Source: Armatimonadota bacterium
GTDB lineage: Bacteria; Armatimonadota; Armatimonadia; Armatimonadales; Armatimonadaceae
Assembly (NCBI GenBank): GCA_043754515.1
Contig: JAYUUO010000286.1
Span: 1-22,720 of the forward strand
Length of the DNA: 22,720 bases
Direction of reading: 5' to 3'
Positions 9,394 to 19,478 of the stretch are shown here, piece by piece. The translations under genes were made by a program, and so were the position numbers. Below the pieces are notes generated by a model. The model searched no databases, was not told the DNA's origin, and was given only the letters and a program-made list of their open reading frames with translations. Position 1 is the first letter of the stretch; each line of letters begins with the position of its first letter.

Positions 9394-9499
9394 AGTCATT
9401 CACCTGCGTTCGGCTCGCGGGCGACTCCGAACGACACCTTTCCCGCGCGCGGGCGTCCTTAACCCCCAAACGATTTTAGGGCCTCATTGTACTTAAAGC

Positions 9500-9526
9500 G
9501 GGCCGGGGCGGTCAACCACCCGGCCC
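9500..9526 (-). terminator. Probable terminator after dnaN
   Basis: GGGCCGGG...CCCGGCCC stem, followed on the minus strand by a short GCTTTAA tail. Confidence 0.5.
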
Positions 9527-9544
9527 TACTATCCTGGTCGCGGA

Positions 9545-10705
9545 CTAGATCACCTGCATCGGCATCAAGACACACAGGTAGTCCTGCGCATTGTCCCCGA
9601 TCGGACGGAGGATGCCGGGGCGCAACGGCTCCGTCAGTTCGAGCACGACGCCTTCGGTCTCCACCACGTTCAGCACGTCGTTCATATACTTCGCGTTGAA
9701 CGCGATCTGGATGTCGTCGCCCTCGCGCGCCACCTCGATCTCGTCGCGCACCGAACCGACCGCGCCCGACTCGGCGGACAGCACCAGTTGTGCCCCCTCG
9801 GTTGAGAGTACCACCCGGTTCGCGTTGTCACGCGCGACAATGGCGGCCCGCTTAACGGCTTTGGCGAACTCGCTGGTCTCCAGCGTCAGTTTACGGTCGT
9901 GCCCGGCGGGGATCACGCGCTCGTAGTTAGGGTACTGTCCCTCGATCAGGCGGGTCACCATCGTGATGGTGGCGGACGGGATGCTCGCGTCCGGCTTCCC
10001 ACGCTTGATCTCGAACCGCGCCTGACCCTGCGCGAGCGACACGACCACGGAGCCTTCGTCGTCCGCTAGCCGTAGCAACTCGTTCATCGCCCGAGCTGGG
10101 ACAATAGCGTTCGCCTCGCCGGTGCCACCTTCGAGCTGGATCGTGCGCACCGCGAGCCGGTGCGTGTCGGTCGCGACCGCCCGCAGTTGGGTGCCGTTGA
10201 ATGCAAGCAGGACGCCGGTCAGGATTGGCCGCGATTCGTCGGTAGCGACCGCGAAAAGCACGTGCCGGATTACGTCGCGCAACAATTCGCCCGCGATGGT
10301 GAACGACGCGGACGGGGTGACTTCCGGTACGCCGGGGAACTCTTCGGCGGGCAGACCTAAAATCTTATAGTCGGAGCGGCCCGCGCGAACCTGCATCTGA
10401 TTCCCGCCGCTCGGGCGATCCAGCGTCACGTCCGCTTCTGGTAAGGCGCCGAGTATCTCGGTGAACACGCGCGCCGGTGCCGTGAAGCCCGCCGTGTCCT
10501 CGTCGTCGCCGATCCCGAGGTCGAGCCGCGCCGGGAGATGACATTCCATCCACATCTCAAGATCCGTCGCGGTTAGTTTCAAGCCGTCGCCCTGCGGCGT
10601 CGCGAGGATGTGCGACAGGATAGGCAGTGTCGAGCGGCCGGAAACGGCGCGTCCCACGGTCTGGACGGCTTCATATAGCTCTTTGCGAGGGCATATCACT
10701 TGCAT
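9545..10705 (-). CDS. dnaN: DNA polymerase III beta sliding clamp
   Basis: RSTLPILSHIL, LTATDLE, FAVATDESRPILTGV, VATDTHRLA, TRLIEGQYPNYERVIP, IAFNAKY, C-terminal VLMPM; 386 aa; AAGGA upstream. Confidence 0.97.
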   Translation of the reverse strand: MQVICPRKELYEAVQTVGRAVSGRSTLPILSHILATPQGDGLKLTATDLEMWMECHLPARLDLGIGDDEDTAGFTAPARVFTEILGALPEADVTLDRPSGGNQMQVRAGRSDYKILGLPAEEFPGVPEVTPSASFTIAGELLRDVIRHVLFAVATDESRPILTGVLLAFNGTQLRAVATDTHRLAVRTIQLEGGTGEANAIVPARAMNELLRLADDEGSVVVSLAQGQARFEIKRGKPDASIPSATITMVTRLIEGQYPNYERVIPAGHDRKLTLETSEFAKAVKRAAIVARDNANRVVLSTEGAQLVLSAESGAVGSVRDEIEVAREGDDIQIAFNAKYMNDVLNVVETEGVVLELTEPLRPGILRPIGDNAQDYLCVLMPMQVI

Positions 10706-10732
10706 ACGTTTATAGTTCCTTAGGTTGTCACG

Positions 10733-11044
10733 TTAGATGGAAATCGGGAGGCTGTATTGGCCCGCGCCGACCGGTGCCGGATCCGTGTCCGGCGCGACAT
10801 GTGGGTTATCCGAGTAAAGGGCGCGTAGGGCGCGGGCACGAAACGCGTCGGAGACTATCACATCCCCGGCATCGCTTCGTAGCCGCTCCCCGGTGATTCG
10901 CAGACCGATGACCTCGCGCGAACAGTCCGCGCATCCGAGCAGATGGACGCCGACCCGGTGGCGCGTCTCCGCAGAAAGCTCATCATCGTTGTACGCCCCG
11001 ATCAGTTCGGCGACATGTTCACACGCTAGTCTGTTATTTCCCAT
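10733..11044 (-). CDS. Small soluble zinc-binding anti-sigma factor (zf-HC2/ZAS), ~103 aa
   Basis: CEHVAELIGAYNDDELS...VHLLGCADC (HxxxCxxC). ATG 11044 overlaps the sigma 3' end. No TM segment. Confidence 0.88.
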   Translation of the reverse strand: MGNNRLACEHVAELIGAYNDDELSAETRHRVGVHLLGCADCSREVIGLRITGERLRSDAGDVIVSDAFRARALRALYSDNPHVAPDTDPAPVGAGQYSLPISI

Positions 11045-11598
11045 ATGTCTTTCAAGGCGTCGCGCAGGGCGCGGCGGGCGCGGTACAACAGCGATTTCGT
11101 GGCGGCGACGGAGCGGTTCAAGACCAGCGCGGCGTCCGCGTGCGGCACGTATTCCAGGTCGCACAGGGTCAAAACGGCGCGGTACTCTTCGGGTAGCGCG
11201 TCGAGAGCGCGCAGGAGCGTGACCTTTTCGGCACGGTGTTCGGCGTCAGCGGCCAGATCATACCGATCCGCGACGTTCAGCGCGTCGGTCGCATCTAGTG
11301 ACAGCGTCGGGAGCCGCAGTTGCCGCCGCTTGTCCGCGCACAGGCTACGCACCACGGTGAAAAGCCAGGACCCGAACCCCGCCGCCGTTTCGCCCCGGAA
11401 ACTTCGCGCAAGTCGGAACGCTTTAAGGAAAGCTTCCTGCGTAACCTCCTCGGCATCCTCTCGCGTTTCCGTCAAACGTACCGCGAGCCCGAGGGCGCGA
11501 TCCGCGTAAAGATCGAACAGTGTCTCCATTGCCCGGCCGTCACCCGCTTTAAAGCGGACAACAAGCCGCGTCTCCCACGCCGTGTTTCCGTCAGGCAT
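11026..11598 (-). CDS. ECF RNA polymerase sigma factor
   Basis: Region 2 DAEEVTQEAFLKAF...FGSWLFTVVRSLCADKRR; region 4 ALDALPEEYRAVLTL...ATKSLLYRARRALR. Confidence 0.95.
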   Translation of the reverse strand: MPDGNTAWETRLVVRFKAGDGRAMETLFDLYADRALGLAVRLTETREDAEEVTQEAFLKAFRLARSFRGETAAGFGSWLFTVVRSLCADKRRQLRLPTLSLDATDALNVADRYDLAADAEHRAEKVTLLRALDALPEEYRAVLTLCDLEYVPHADAALVLNRSVAATKSLLYRARRALRDALKDIWEITD

Positions 11599-11682
11599 TC
11601 ATCAGCCAATTTTCTCGTACGAAGGTAGACGTATCGCCGCGCCAAAAAGCGTCGTGGCGATCGGATATTATTTCGGGCGGCG

Positions 11683-11716
11683 AAAGAAAAGCGGGGAGGC
11701 ACCGTGCCCTCCCCGC
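11683..11716 (-). terminator. Intrinsic terminator after the transglutaminase-like gene
   Basis: GCGGGGAGG...CCTCCCCGC stem followed on the minus strand by TTTTCTTT. Confidence 0.75.
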
Positions 11717-11736
11717 CCCCTGGTAGTGGCGAGTCA

Positions 11737-12600
11737 CTACTGCTTGTCCGGCGTCAGACCGTTCCAGGCGGCCTCGGTCGCGTCCGGCTCGGTCTCGCCT
11801 ATCTCGTCGGTGATCACCACGAACTTGTCGAGCGAATGGGCACCGAAAGTCGTCATCAACGCGACATCGGCGGCGTCGCGCCCGACACCCATCAGGGTGC
11901 GGCCAATGAACGGGCGGTTATGACGCGCGTCGAAGTTCCACCACCGATTGTCAAGATACACCTGGTACCACGCGGAAAAGTCCATCGGCCCCGGCACGGG
12001 GGTCTGGCGGATGTCACCCAGGTAACCGGTCGCGTAGCGGGCGGGTATTCCGAGGGCGCGGCAGAATGTCACCGCTAGGTGCTGATAGTCGCGGCAAACC
12101 CCGGTCTTTTCGTTGAACGTATTCATGGCGGTCTTTGTCGGGCGGGCGTGCTGATAGCCGAACGCGACGTGGCGGTGTACAAAGTTGTTGACAGCCTGCA
12201 CCCTGCCCCACCCGAGCGGCGTGTTGCCGAACGTATCCCAGGCGATACCGCTCAGAAGGTCCACCTCGCAGTAGCGACTCGCTAGCAGGAACTGGAGGGC
12301 GTCGTTCGGAAGATCCTCAATGGGGATTTGCATGGCACTATGATTAACGGGATCGGGCACTCCGCTATCCTCGATAACGGTGTCCGCGCTCATCGTGAGG
12401 GACCCCGGGGGCGCAACGAGGCGCACACACGTGTTGCCGAAGCCGTCGGTGTACGTCTGGGTGGGAACATCCGGGAACAAGAACGGCGTGTCTGGGCGCG
12501 ACAACCTGCCCGTCACCTCCGGGCGAACATTAAGCATTAAAATCATCGGGGTAGGTGCCGGAACCGTCACCGCTATCTCGTATCCAATCCGAATCCGCAT
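11737..12600 (-). CDS. Transglutaminase-like family protein
   Basis: MRIRIGYEI start with AGGAG RBS; DGFGN, SRYCEVD, GVCRDYQH, PARYATGYLGDI, MDFSAW, FDARHN, GRDAADV. Confidence 0.9.
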   Translation of the reverse strand: MRIRIGYEIAVTVPAPTPMILMLNVRPEVTGRLSRPDTPFLFPDVPTQTYTDGFGNTCVRLVAPPGSLTMSADTVIEDSGVPDPVNHSAMQIPIEDLPNDALQFLLASRYCEVDLLSGIAWDTFGNTPLGWGRVQAVNNFVHRHVAFGYQHARPTKTAMNTFNEKTGVCRDYQHLAVTFCRALGIPARYATGYLGDIRQTPVPGPMDFSAWYQVYLDNRWWNFDARHNRPFIGRTLMGVGRDAADVALMTTFGAHSLDKFVVITDEIGETEPDATEAAWNGLTPDKQ

Positions 12601-12777
12601 GTAGTACTCCTGAGCGACCGCGTGGGGGATCGAACGCGCCGCCGGGCGTCGTTCTGCCGCCATTTTACCCGATAACCGGGCACGTTTCCCGCGCCCTGGC
12701 CAGAAGGAAACCGCCCCGACGCGAGTGAATGGTATCATCATTACGACATCATTTAACCAGGAGCGTAGGGCAGAGTT

Positions 12778-13038
12778 ATGGACGAAGAGATTTTCGAGTT
12801 CGCGATGGTGATCAGCGTCGCGCCGGGATGTAGCGAGGAATGGGCGCGCGCCCTGCGGGGGGCGACCGCGCCGCGTGGCATCGGCATGACCATCCGCACG
12901 CCATCGCTCGCCTTCTTCACCGTCCCGGCGGCGCAGGAGTTTCTGGCGGTCGAGAAGGCGGAGCAGTTTCTCGAAGCCGTCGCGAAGGCGGCGGGCATCC
13001 GTTGCGCGTTGAACGCCCAGCCTTCGGGCGAGGTGTAG
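12778..13038 (+). CDS. Small hypothetical protein (86 aa)
   Basis: Fills the gap between divergent and convergent genes; protein-like composition; TGGTATCAT (-10-like) and AGGAG upstream. Confidence 0.6.
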   Translation: MDEEIFEFAMVISVAPGCSEEWARALRGATAPRGIGMTIRTPSLAFFTVPAAQEFLAVEKAEQFLEAVAKAAGIRCALNAQPSGEV

Positions 13039-13049
13039 ATACGCCGACC

Positions 13050-13913
13050 CTATTCCGGCGGGTCGGGACGGCCGCGTAAGGCGCGTCGCAACCGGAATAG
13101 AACGTAGCGTAACGCGGCGAGCGCGGACGGGATCGCCGCGCCCGCCGCTCCGTAGAGGATGCGATACAGGCGTAGAGCGGAGCGGTACAAGTGAGTCCGC
13201 GACGCGAGCGGCACCCGCGCGGCAGACGCGCCGCCGTGGTGCGTCGCACTGACGGAGGGAGCCAACAAGACTTGCCAGCCCCCCCTCTGGAATCGGTGGC
13301 ACCATTCGACCTCCTCGCCATACAGGAAAAATCCCTCGTCCAGCAGTCCCGCTTCCACTACGGCTTCCCAGCGCACGAGGAAGCATGCCCCCCCCACCCA
13401 ATCGACCGGGAAGGGCGGGCGCGCGGCGCGGCGCGCCGGGTCATCGAAGTCACTCATCGGGTGGGGAGATTGGGACCGATCCAGGTGTCCTGTTAGTTCG
13501 CTGGTCGCGCCGGGAAAGCGCGCCCAGTTGGGTTGCACGGAGCCGTCGGTGTTCAGGAGGAGCGGGGAGCAAACAGCCGTTTTAGGATGGGCATCCATGA
13601 CACCGAGTAAACTGTCCAGAGTGCCATCCGGTAGCGACGTATCCGGGTTCAGAAGCAAACAATATTTCGCCGTGGCAAACTTAAGTATGACATTATTCGC
13701 CGCCGCGAAGCCGATGTTTCGCGCGTTTTCTATCACAATGACGTCAGGAAACTCTCCGCGAATCGCGCCGACCGAGCCGTCCGTAGATCCGTTGTCCACG
13801 ACATAAACTTCTGTTTGCCTTGTGGTTTGTTTCTGATTCGCGGCCACGGTTCGCAGGCATTCCGATAGCCGCTTTCGTGTATTCCAATTCACAAGGATGA
13901 TGGTCAAGTCCAC
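13050..13913 (-). CDS. GT2-family glycosyltransferase (WbbL-like)
   Basis: GTG start overlapping the GT4 3' end; IILVNWN, VVDNGSTDGS, NIGFAAANN, LLLNPDT, DWVGGAC, DEGFFLYGEEVEWC. Confidence 0.9.
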   Translation of the reverse strand: MDLTIILVNWNTRKRLSECLRTVAANQKQTTRQTEVYVVDNGSTDGSVGAIRGEFPDVIVIENARNIGFAAANNVILKFATAKYCLLLNPDTSLPDGTLDSLLGVMDAHPKTAVCSPLLLNTDGSVQPNWARFPGATSELTGHLDRSQSPHPMSDFDDPARRAARPPFPVDWVGGACFLVRWEAVVEAGLLDEGFFLYGEEVEWCHRFQRGGWQVLLAPSVSATHHGGASAARVPLASRTHLYRSALRLYRILYGAAGAAIPSALAALRYVLFRLRRALRGRPDPPE

Positions 13914-15118
13914 CGCTGTCCTCCTCCCCGCGGATGGTTGAGGTGCCCGCTCAACTCCGCCACGATATTCACCCAGTCGTATCGCTCCTCTACCAGGTGC
14001 CTCGCCGCTCGCGCCATGCGCTCCGCTAACTCCGGTATCGTAAGCAAAGACGAGCAGGCACCAGCGAAAGCATCCGCAGTGTCCGCGAGAATCAAGTGCC
14101 GCCCGTCTTCGCTCCCCGCAAGCCCCGCCGCCCCTATTGTAGTAGACACCACCGGCACGCCTGACGCCCATGCCTCCAGGATCTTTAGCCGCGTCCCCCC
14201 ACCTCGCGTTATTGGCACTACGTCGGCCACCGCGCTCGCGAGTAGCAGTCGCAAGTCGGGCACGAATCCTGTTAAAGTAACGCCGGGTTGACCGTCGTAC
14301 CGCTCACGGATCTCCGCGCGTACGTGTCCGGTCACGATTAGATGCGCCCACGGGACCGATTCACGCACCTTCGGTAGAACCGCGCGGACGAACCAATCCA
14401 CTGCCTCGCGGTTAGGCCCGTAGTTGAGCGACCCGCGGAACAGAAGCCTTCCGGCGACGGGAGACCGCGCGGACGGGGCGTAGTGAGAGCAATCCACGCC
14501 GTTCGGCGCGACGATTACGGGAACGGAGGCGGTGCCCATTAGTGCCTTCACGGCTACCGCTTCCTGCTCGGAAACCGCCGTGAGCGCGTCGAAGCGGGCT
14601 AGTTCCGTTCGCCAGTACGAGTCATGCTTCGCCCGCGTCAGCCTCGCCCGCAGTCGTTCGCGCACGCCCCCGGCATGCCGCGCGGCCCGCGCTACTCCCG
14701 ACACCTCTACCTGATCGAGTACCACCGGCACGCCGTAGGTATTGACGGGGATGAACGGGGCGGCGGCGAGTTCCATAGCGACGCACAAATCGGGTTTCCG
14801 ACCCAGTTCCAAGGCGACGGCTTCAAGGAAGGCGGGATTTGTGGTCTCCCTGATCGAACGCGGCACTGGCGACAGAAACGCGGTGATGCCGCTCCACTTC
14901 TTCCCATCGTGCCAATGCCACGGCACAACCGCGGCGGAATCACAGATCGTCTTTAAGGAGTTGAAGTCGGCGCGGTCAGTAATGTCGTCTTGCATTCCGG
15001 TCACTACTCGGACGCCATGCCCCATCCGCTTCCACTCTCGCAGGAGATGAAAGGCGCGTTGGCGCGAGCCGTTATCCGGGGGACAGGGGAACCAGGGAGA
15101 GACGACCAGTAGATTCAC
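13904..15118 (-). CDS. GT4-family glycosyltransferase
   Basis: GTGA overlap with the upstream gene; PWFPCPPDNG, AVSEQE, PNGVD, GGGTRLKILEAWASGVPVVST. Confidence 0.9.
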   Translation of the reverse strand: MNLLVVSPWFPCPPDNGSRQRAFHLLREWKRMGHGVRVVTGMQDDITDRADFNSLKTICDSAAVVPWHWHDGKKWSGITAFLSPVPRSIRETTNPAFLEAVALELGRKPDLCVAMELAAAPFIPVNTYGVPVVLDQVEVSGVARAARHAGGVRERLRARLTRAKHDSYWRTELARFDALTAVSEQEAVAVKALMGTASVPVIVAPNGVDCSHYAPSARSPVAGRLLFRGSLNYGPNREAVDWFVRAVLPKVRESVPWAHLIVTGHVRAEIRERYDGQPGVTLTGFVPDLRLLLASAVADVVPITRGGGTRLKILEAWASGVPVVSTTIGAAGLAGSEDGRHLILADTADAFAGACSSLLTIPELAERMARAARHLVEERYDWVNIVAELSGHLNHPRGGGQRWT

Positions 15119-16074
15119 ACTGGCTGGGCACGCCAGAAGTCGAGCGTTTCCCGGAGCGTCGTGTGTAGATCGGAGCGGGGTGCCCATCCCCCGAGTGACG
15201 TGAGGAAGGAAAAATTGCCGACGCATTCCGAAAGATCGGACGGTCGCAGTCGAGCGGAATCAGTTTCGACATTCACTACGACCGACGCCATCGCAATCAA
15301 ATCGTCCAAGATCGCGCGGATCGTCACGCCCACCCCGGATGCCACGTTCACCGGCGTGACGACATCTGGAAGTACCAATTCACAGGCGAGCTGACGGTAG
15401 GCCCGCGCCACGTCTCGCACATGCAGAAAATCGCGCAGGGCGTCCAGGTTCCCGACCTTGACCACCGGCGACTCATGCCCTTTCTCAATCCGCGCGATCT
15501 GTTTCGCGAAAGCGGGCACCACGAACGCGTCAGTCTGCCGGGGACCCGTGTGATTGAAAGCGCGGGCGAGTACCACCGAAATATTAGTCGGTGCCTCCTC
15601 GCGGAAGAACTGCGCCACCGCCGCTTCCATCGCTACCTTCGACTCCGCATATGCCCCGATGGCGTGGAGTGGGTCCGCCTCGCGTGCCGGGTGTCCCGGC
15701 GCCGTCGCGCCGTAAACGTACCCCGAGGAGGCGAGCAACACCCGGCACTCGCTACCGAGCCTTGCGACGGAGCGGAGAAGCGTTACTGCCGCGTCCGCGT
15801 TCACCGCGCGGAGATTGACCCCGTCGCCCCCCGCCGCCGACGCGACCCCGGCGAGGTGGATCACTCGGTTAGGTCGCGCGGTTCGCACCGCGCTTTCTAC
15901 CGAGTCCGCCCGCGTGATGTCGCAGGGCAGGAGCGTGATCCCTTGGGCGGCACCATGATCTGCCCGGTGCGTCGTGCCGAACAGCAATGCTTCGGGGCGG
16001 CTCGCCCGTAGTTCGCCTGTCAGCCACCCGCCCACGAAGCCGGTCGCCCCGGTGATCAGAATTCGCTCCTCCAC
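15115..16074 (-). CDS. rmd: Extended SDR, probable GDP-4-keto-6-deoxy-D-mannose reductase (Rmd-like)
   Basis: ITGATGFVG, YAESK (YxxxK), RAFNHTGPRQ, VGNLDALRDFLHVRDV; directly downstream of gmd. Confidence 0.75.
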   Translation of the reverse strand: MEERILITGATGFVGGWLTGELRASRPEALLFGTTHRADHGAAQGITLLPCDITRADSVESAVRTARPNRVIHLAGVASAAGGDGVNLRAVNADAAVTLLRSVARLGSECRVLLASSGYVYGATAPGHPAREADPLHAIGAYAESKVAMEAAVAQFFREEAPTNISVVLARAFNHTGPRQTDAFVVPAFAKQIARIEKGHESPVVKVGNLDALRDFLHVRDVARAYRQLACELVLPDVVTPVNVASGVGVTIRAILDDLIAMASVVVNVETDSARLRPSDLSECVGNFSFLTSLGGWAPRSDLHTTLRETLDFWRAQPV

Positions 16075-16095
16075 GGTTCGTTCTTGCTTTCTTTT

Positions 16096-17959
<1,864 letters not shown>

Positions 17960-17993
17960 GACCCACATTATATGCCGTAAAGCATCCCGATGG

Positions 17994-18029
17994 CAACACC
18001 CCCCGCCCGCCTCCGCGGGCAGGGGGTTG
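17994..18029 (-). terminator. GC hairpin after the PARP gene
   Basis: caacaccccccGCCCGC-ctcc-GCGGGCagggggttg inverted repeat; lacks a clear U-tract. Confidence 0.5.
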
Positions 18030-18038
18030 TCGCATGCT

Positions 18039-19331
18039 CTACTTCCCGGCGGGCGCGAACTCGATCAGATGGCGCGGGCACACCTGCGCGGTGTTGTACA
18101 CGATCAGTTCGTCGTTCTGAACCCCGGACTCATTCCGCTTCGCCCACGTCGAGTCGTAGCCCGCTTTCGGCAGATGCTCCCCGTGCTTAGGCACGTAATA
18201 TTTGCCCATCGCGACATCGGCCAGGAACATGAAGCAGTTCTCGTCGCGCGCCCCGCTCCCCCAGTACCCATAGGCGTAATTGAGCGATTTCGTGGAAGCG
18301 TTCGCGAAGTACACGCCGTTCCCGAAGAGGCGTCCCGTGCAATGCGGGGCGTTGCCCGGCGGGATCACGAACCCGGACTTCAGGATCGAGAGCAGATTGC
18401 CCGCCCGTGTCCCGTGCCACAGTTCCTGGACGTTGCCACGCCGCGCGCCGTCCGCGTCGAACGCCTTCGCCATCGCGGCCAGCCCGACCTTGAACACGCG
18501 CTTGACATCGAGATGCTGACATACATGTGTGCTCTGCCGGGTCTCGTGGTATTTGCGGCGGATGCGCTCGATCTCGAACACGTCTTCGACCAGCGTCAGT
18601 TTCGCCTCGAACAGCTTCGGCACCACGGCCTTGCGACTCTCCTCGGCGTTCTCCGGCGCGTTCAGCACCATGTCGAGGCTCGCCTGGAGCGAATCCAAAA
18701 TCCCGTTCTGTTTGCGCACCGCTTCGAGATCGGGAAACAGAACTTGCGGGTCGGGCTTGGCGCGCCCGATGTTCTGCGGCACCAGCATCAGGTAATCGTT
18801 GAGCGAGGCGGAGAGTGCCTTCGCGCCGAAATCGCCCCCACTCACCAGGTTTCCGATTACCGATAGCAGGTCGCGTGCCTCCGCCAGGGCATCCCCGGTC
18901 ACGATGCCGAGCGGCGTGCTGAACGTCCCCCTCGATTCGTCGTAGGACAGCGTCGTGGACTCCAGAATACGGTGGACATTCACGCGGGCGAGGTGCCGAA
19001 CCAGTGCCATAGTCTCCGGTGAGTCGCACGTGATCTGGTCGGTCGCGATCCCGGCGAGGCGTGAGCCTTCGGCGGCTTTCGCGCTCGTCGCGGTGTTCGC
19101 GAGGGTTTTCTGGAGGCGGTAACCCTTATTCTCCTTCTCACGACACTTGGCGTCGAACTGGGATTCAGTGTACGAGGCCGCCGTCTTGCGTTGGCCGTCC
19201 TCACCGACGCGCCCCCAATGGGTCTCGCACGAATCGTCGGAGAACAGCGTGATGTTCCAGAACTTGTTGTTGTTGTTCTCGATGTTCGTCAGCACGTAGC
19301 GCGCTTCTTTGGTGGTTGTCGTGGTTGTCAT
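18039..19331 (-). CDS. Bacterial poly(ADP-ribose) polymerase: WGR + helical regulatory + catalytic ART domain
   Basis: NNNKFW...HWGRVG (WGR); TPLG...YLMLVPQ (PARP regulatory-like); LWHGT, GRLFGNGVYFA...KSLNY, FLADVAMG, NDELIVY (H-Y-E triad). GAGGA RBS before ATG 19331. Confidence 0.92.
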   Translation of the reverse strand: MTTTTTTKEARYVLTNIENNNNKFWNITLFSDDSCETHWGRVGEDGQRKTAASYTESQFDAKCREKENKGYRLQKTLANTATSAKAAEGSRLAGIATDQITCDSPETMALVRHLARVNVHRILESTTLSYDESRGTFSTPLGIVTGDALAEARDLLSVIGNLVSGGDFGAKALSASLNDYLMLVPQNIGRAKPDPQVLFPDLEAVRKQNGILDSLQASLDMVLNAPENAEESRKAVVPKLFEAKLTLVEDVFEIERIRRKYHETRQSTHVCQHLDVKRVFKVGLAAMAKAFDADGARRGNVQELWHGTRAGNLLSILKSGFVIPPGNAPHCTGRLFGNGVYFANASTKSLNYAYGYWGSGARDENCFMFLADVAMGKYYVPKHGEHLPKAGYDSTWAKRNESGVQNDELIVYNTAQVCPRHLIEFAPAGK

Positions 19332-19478
19332 GTCGCCGATCCTCGTCACTCTGTGTGGTTTCTCGCGGTGTATATCGCTTACACACCGACACTGCGGGCG
19401 CGGGCGGCGATACGGAAATCGGCGCGGCCGTAAAGAATGGCACCGCCCCGCCTCCGACGGAGCGGGTACAATGTGCGC

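Noticed and set aside
11960..11990. Transglutaminase DFSAW in place of DFHAW as a sign of pseudogenisation
   Set aside because: The frame is intact, and as I recall DFSAW is a common variant in this subfamily.
12601..13401. N-terminal extension of the 554-aa ORF 11737..13401
   Set aside because: Arg/Gly-rich non-protein-like sequence overlapping GT2 and the small plus-strand gene; the family-like sequence and RBS begin at ATG 12600.
19259..19331. Poly-Thr and poly-Asn codon runs at the PARP start as phase-variation tracts
   Set aside because: Short triplet repeats, partly with mixed codons; slippage would keep the frame, and NNNKF is normal in WGR domains.
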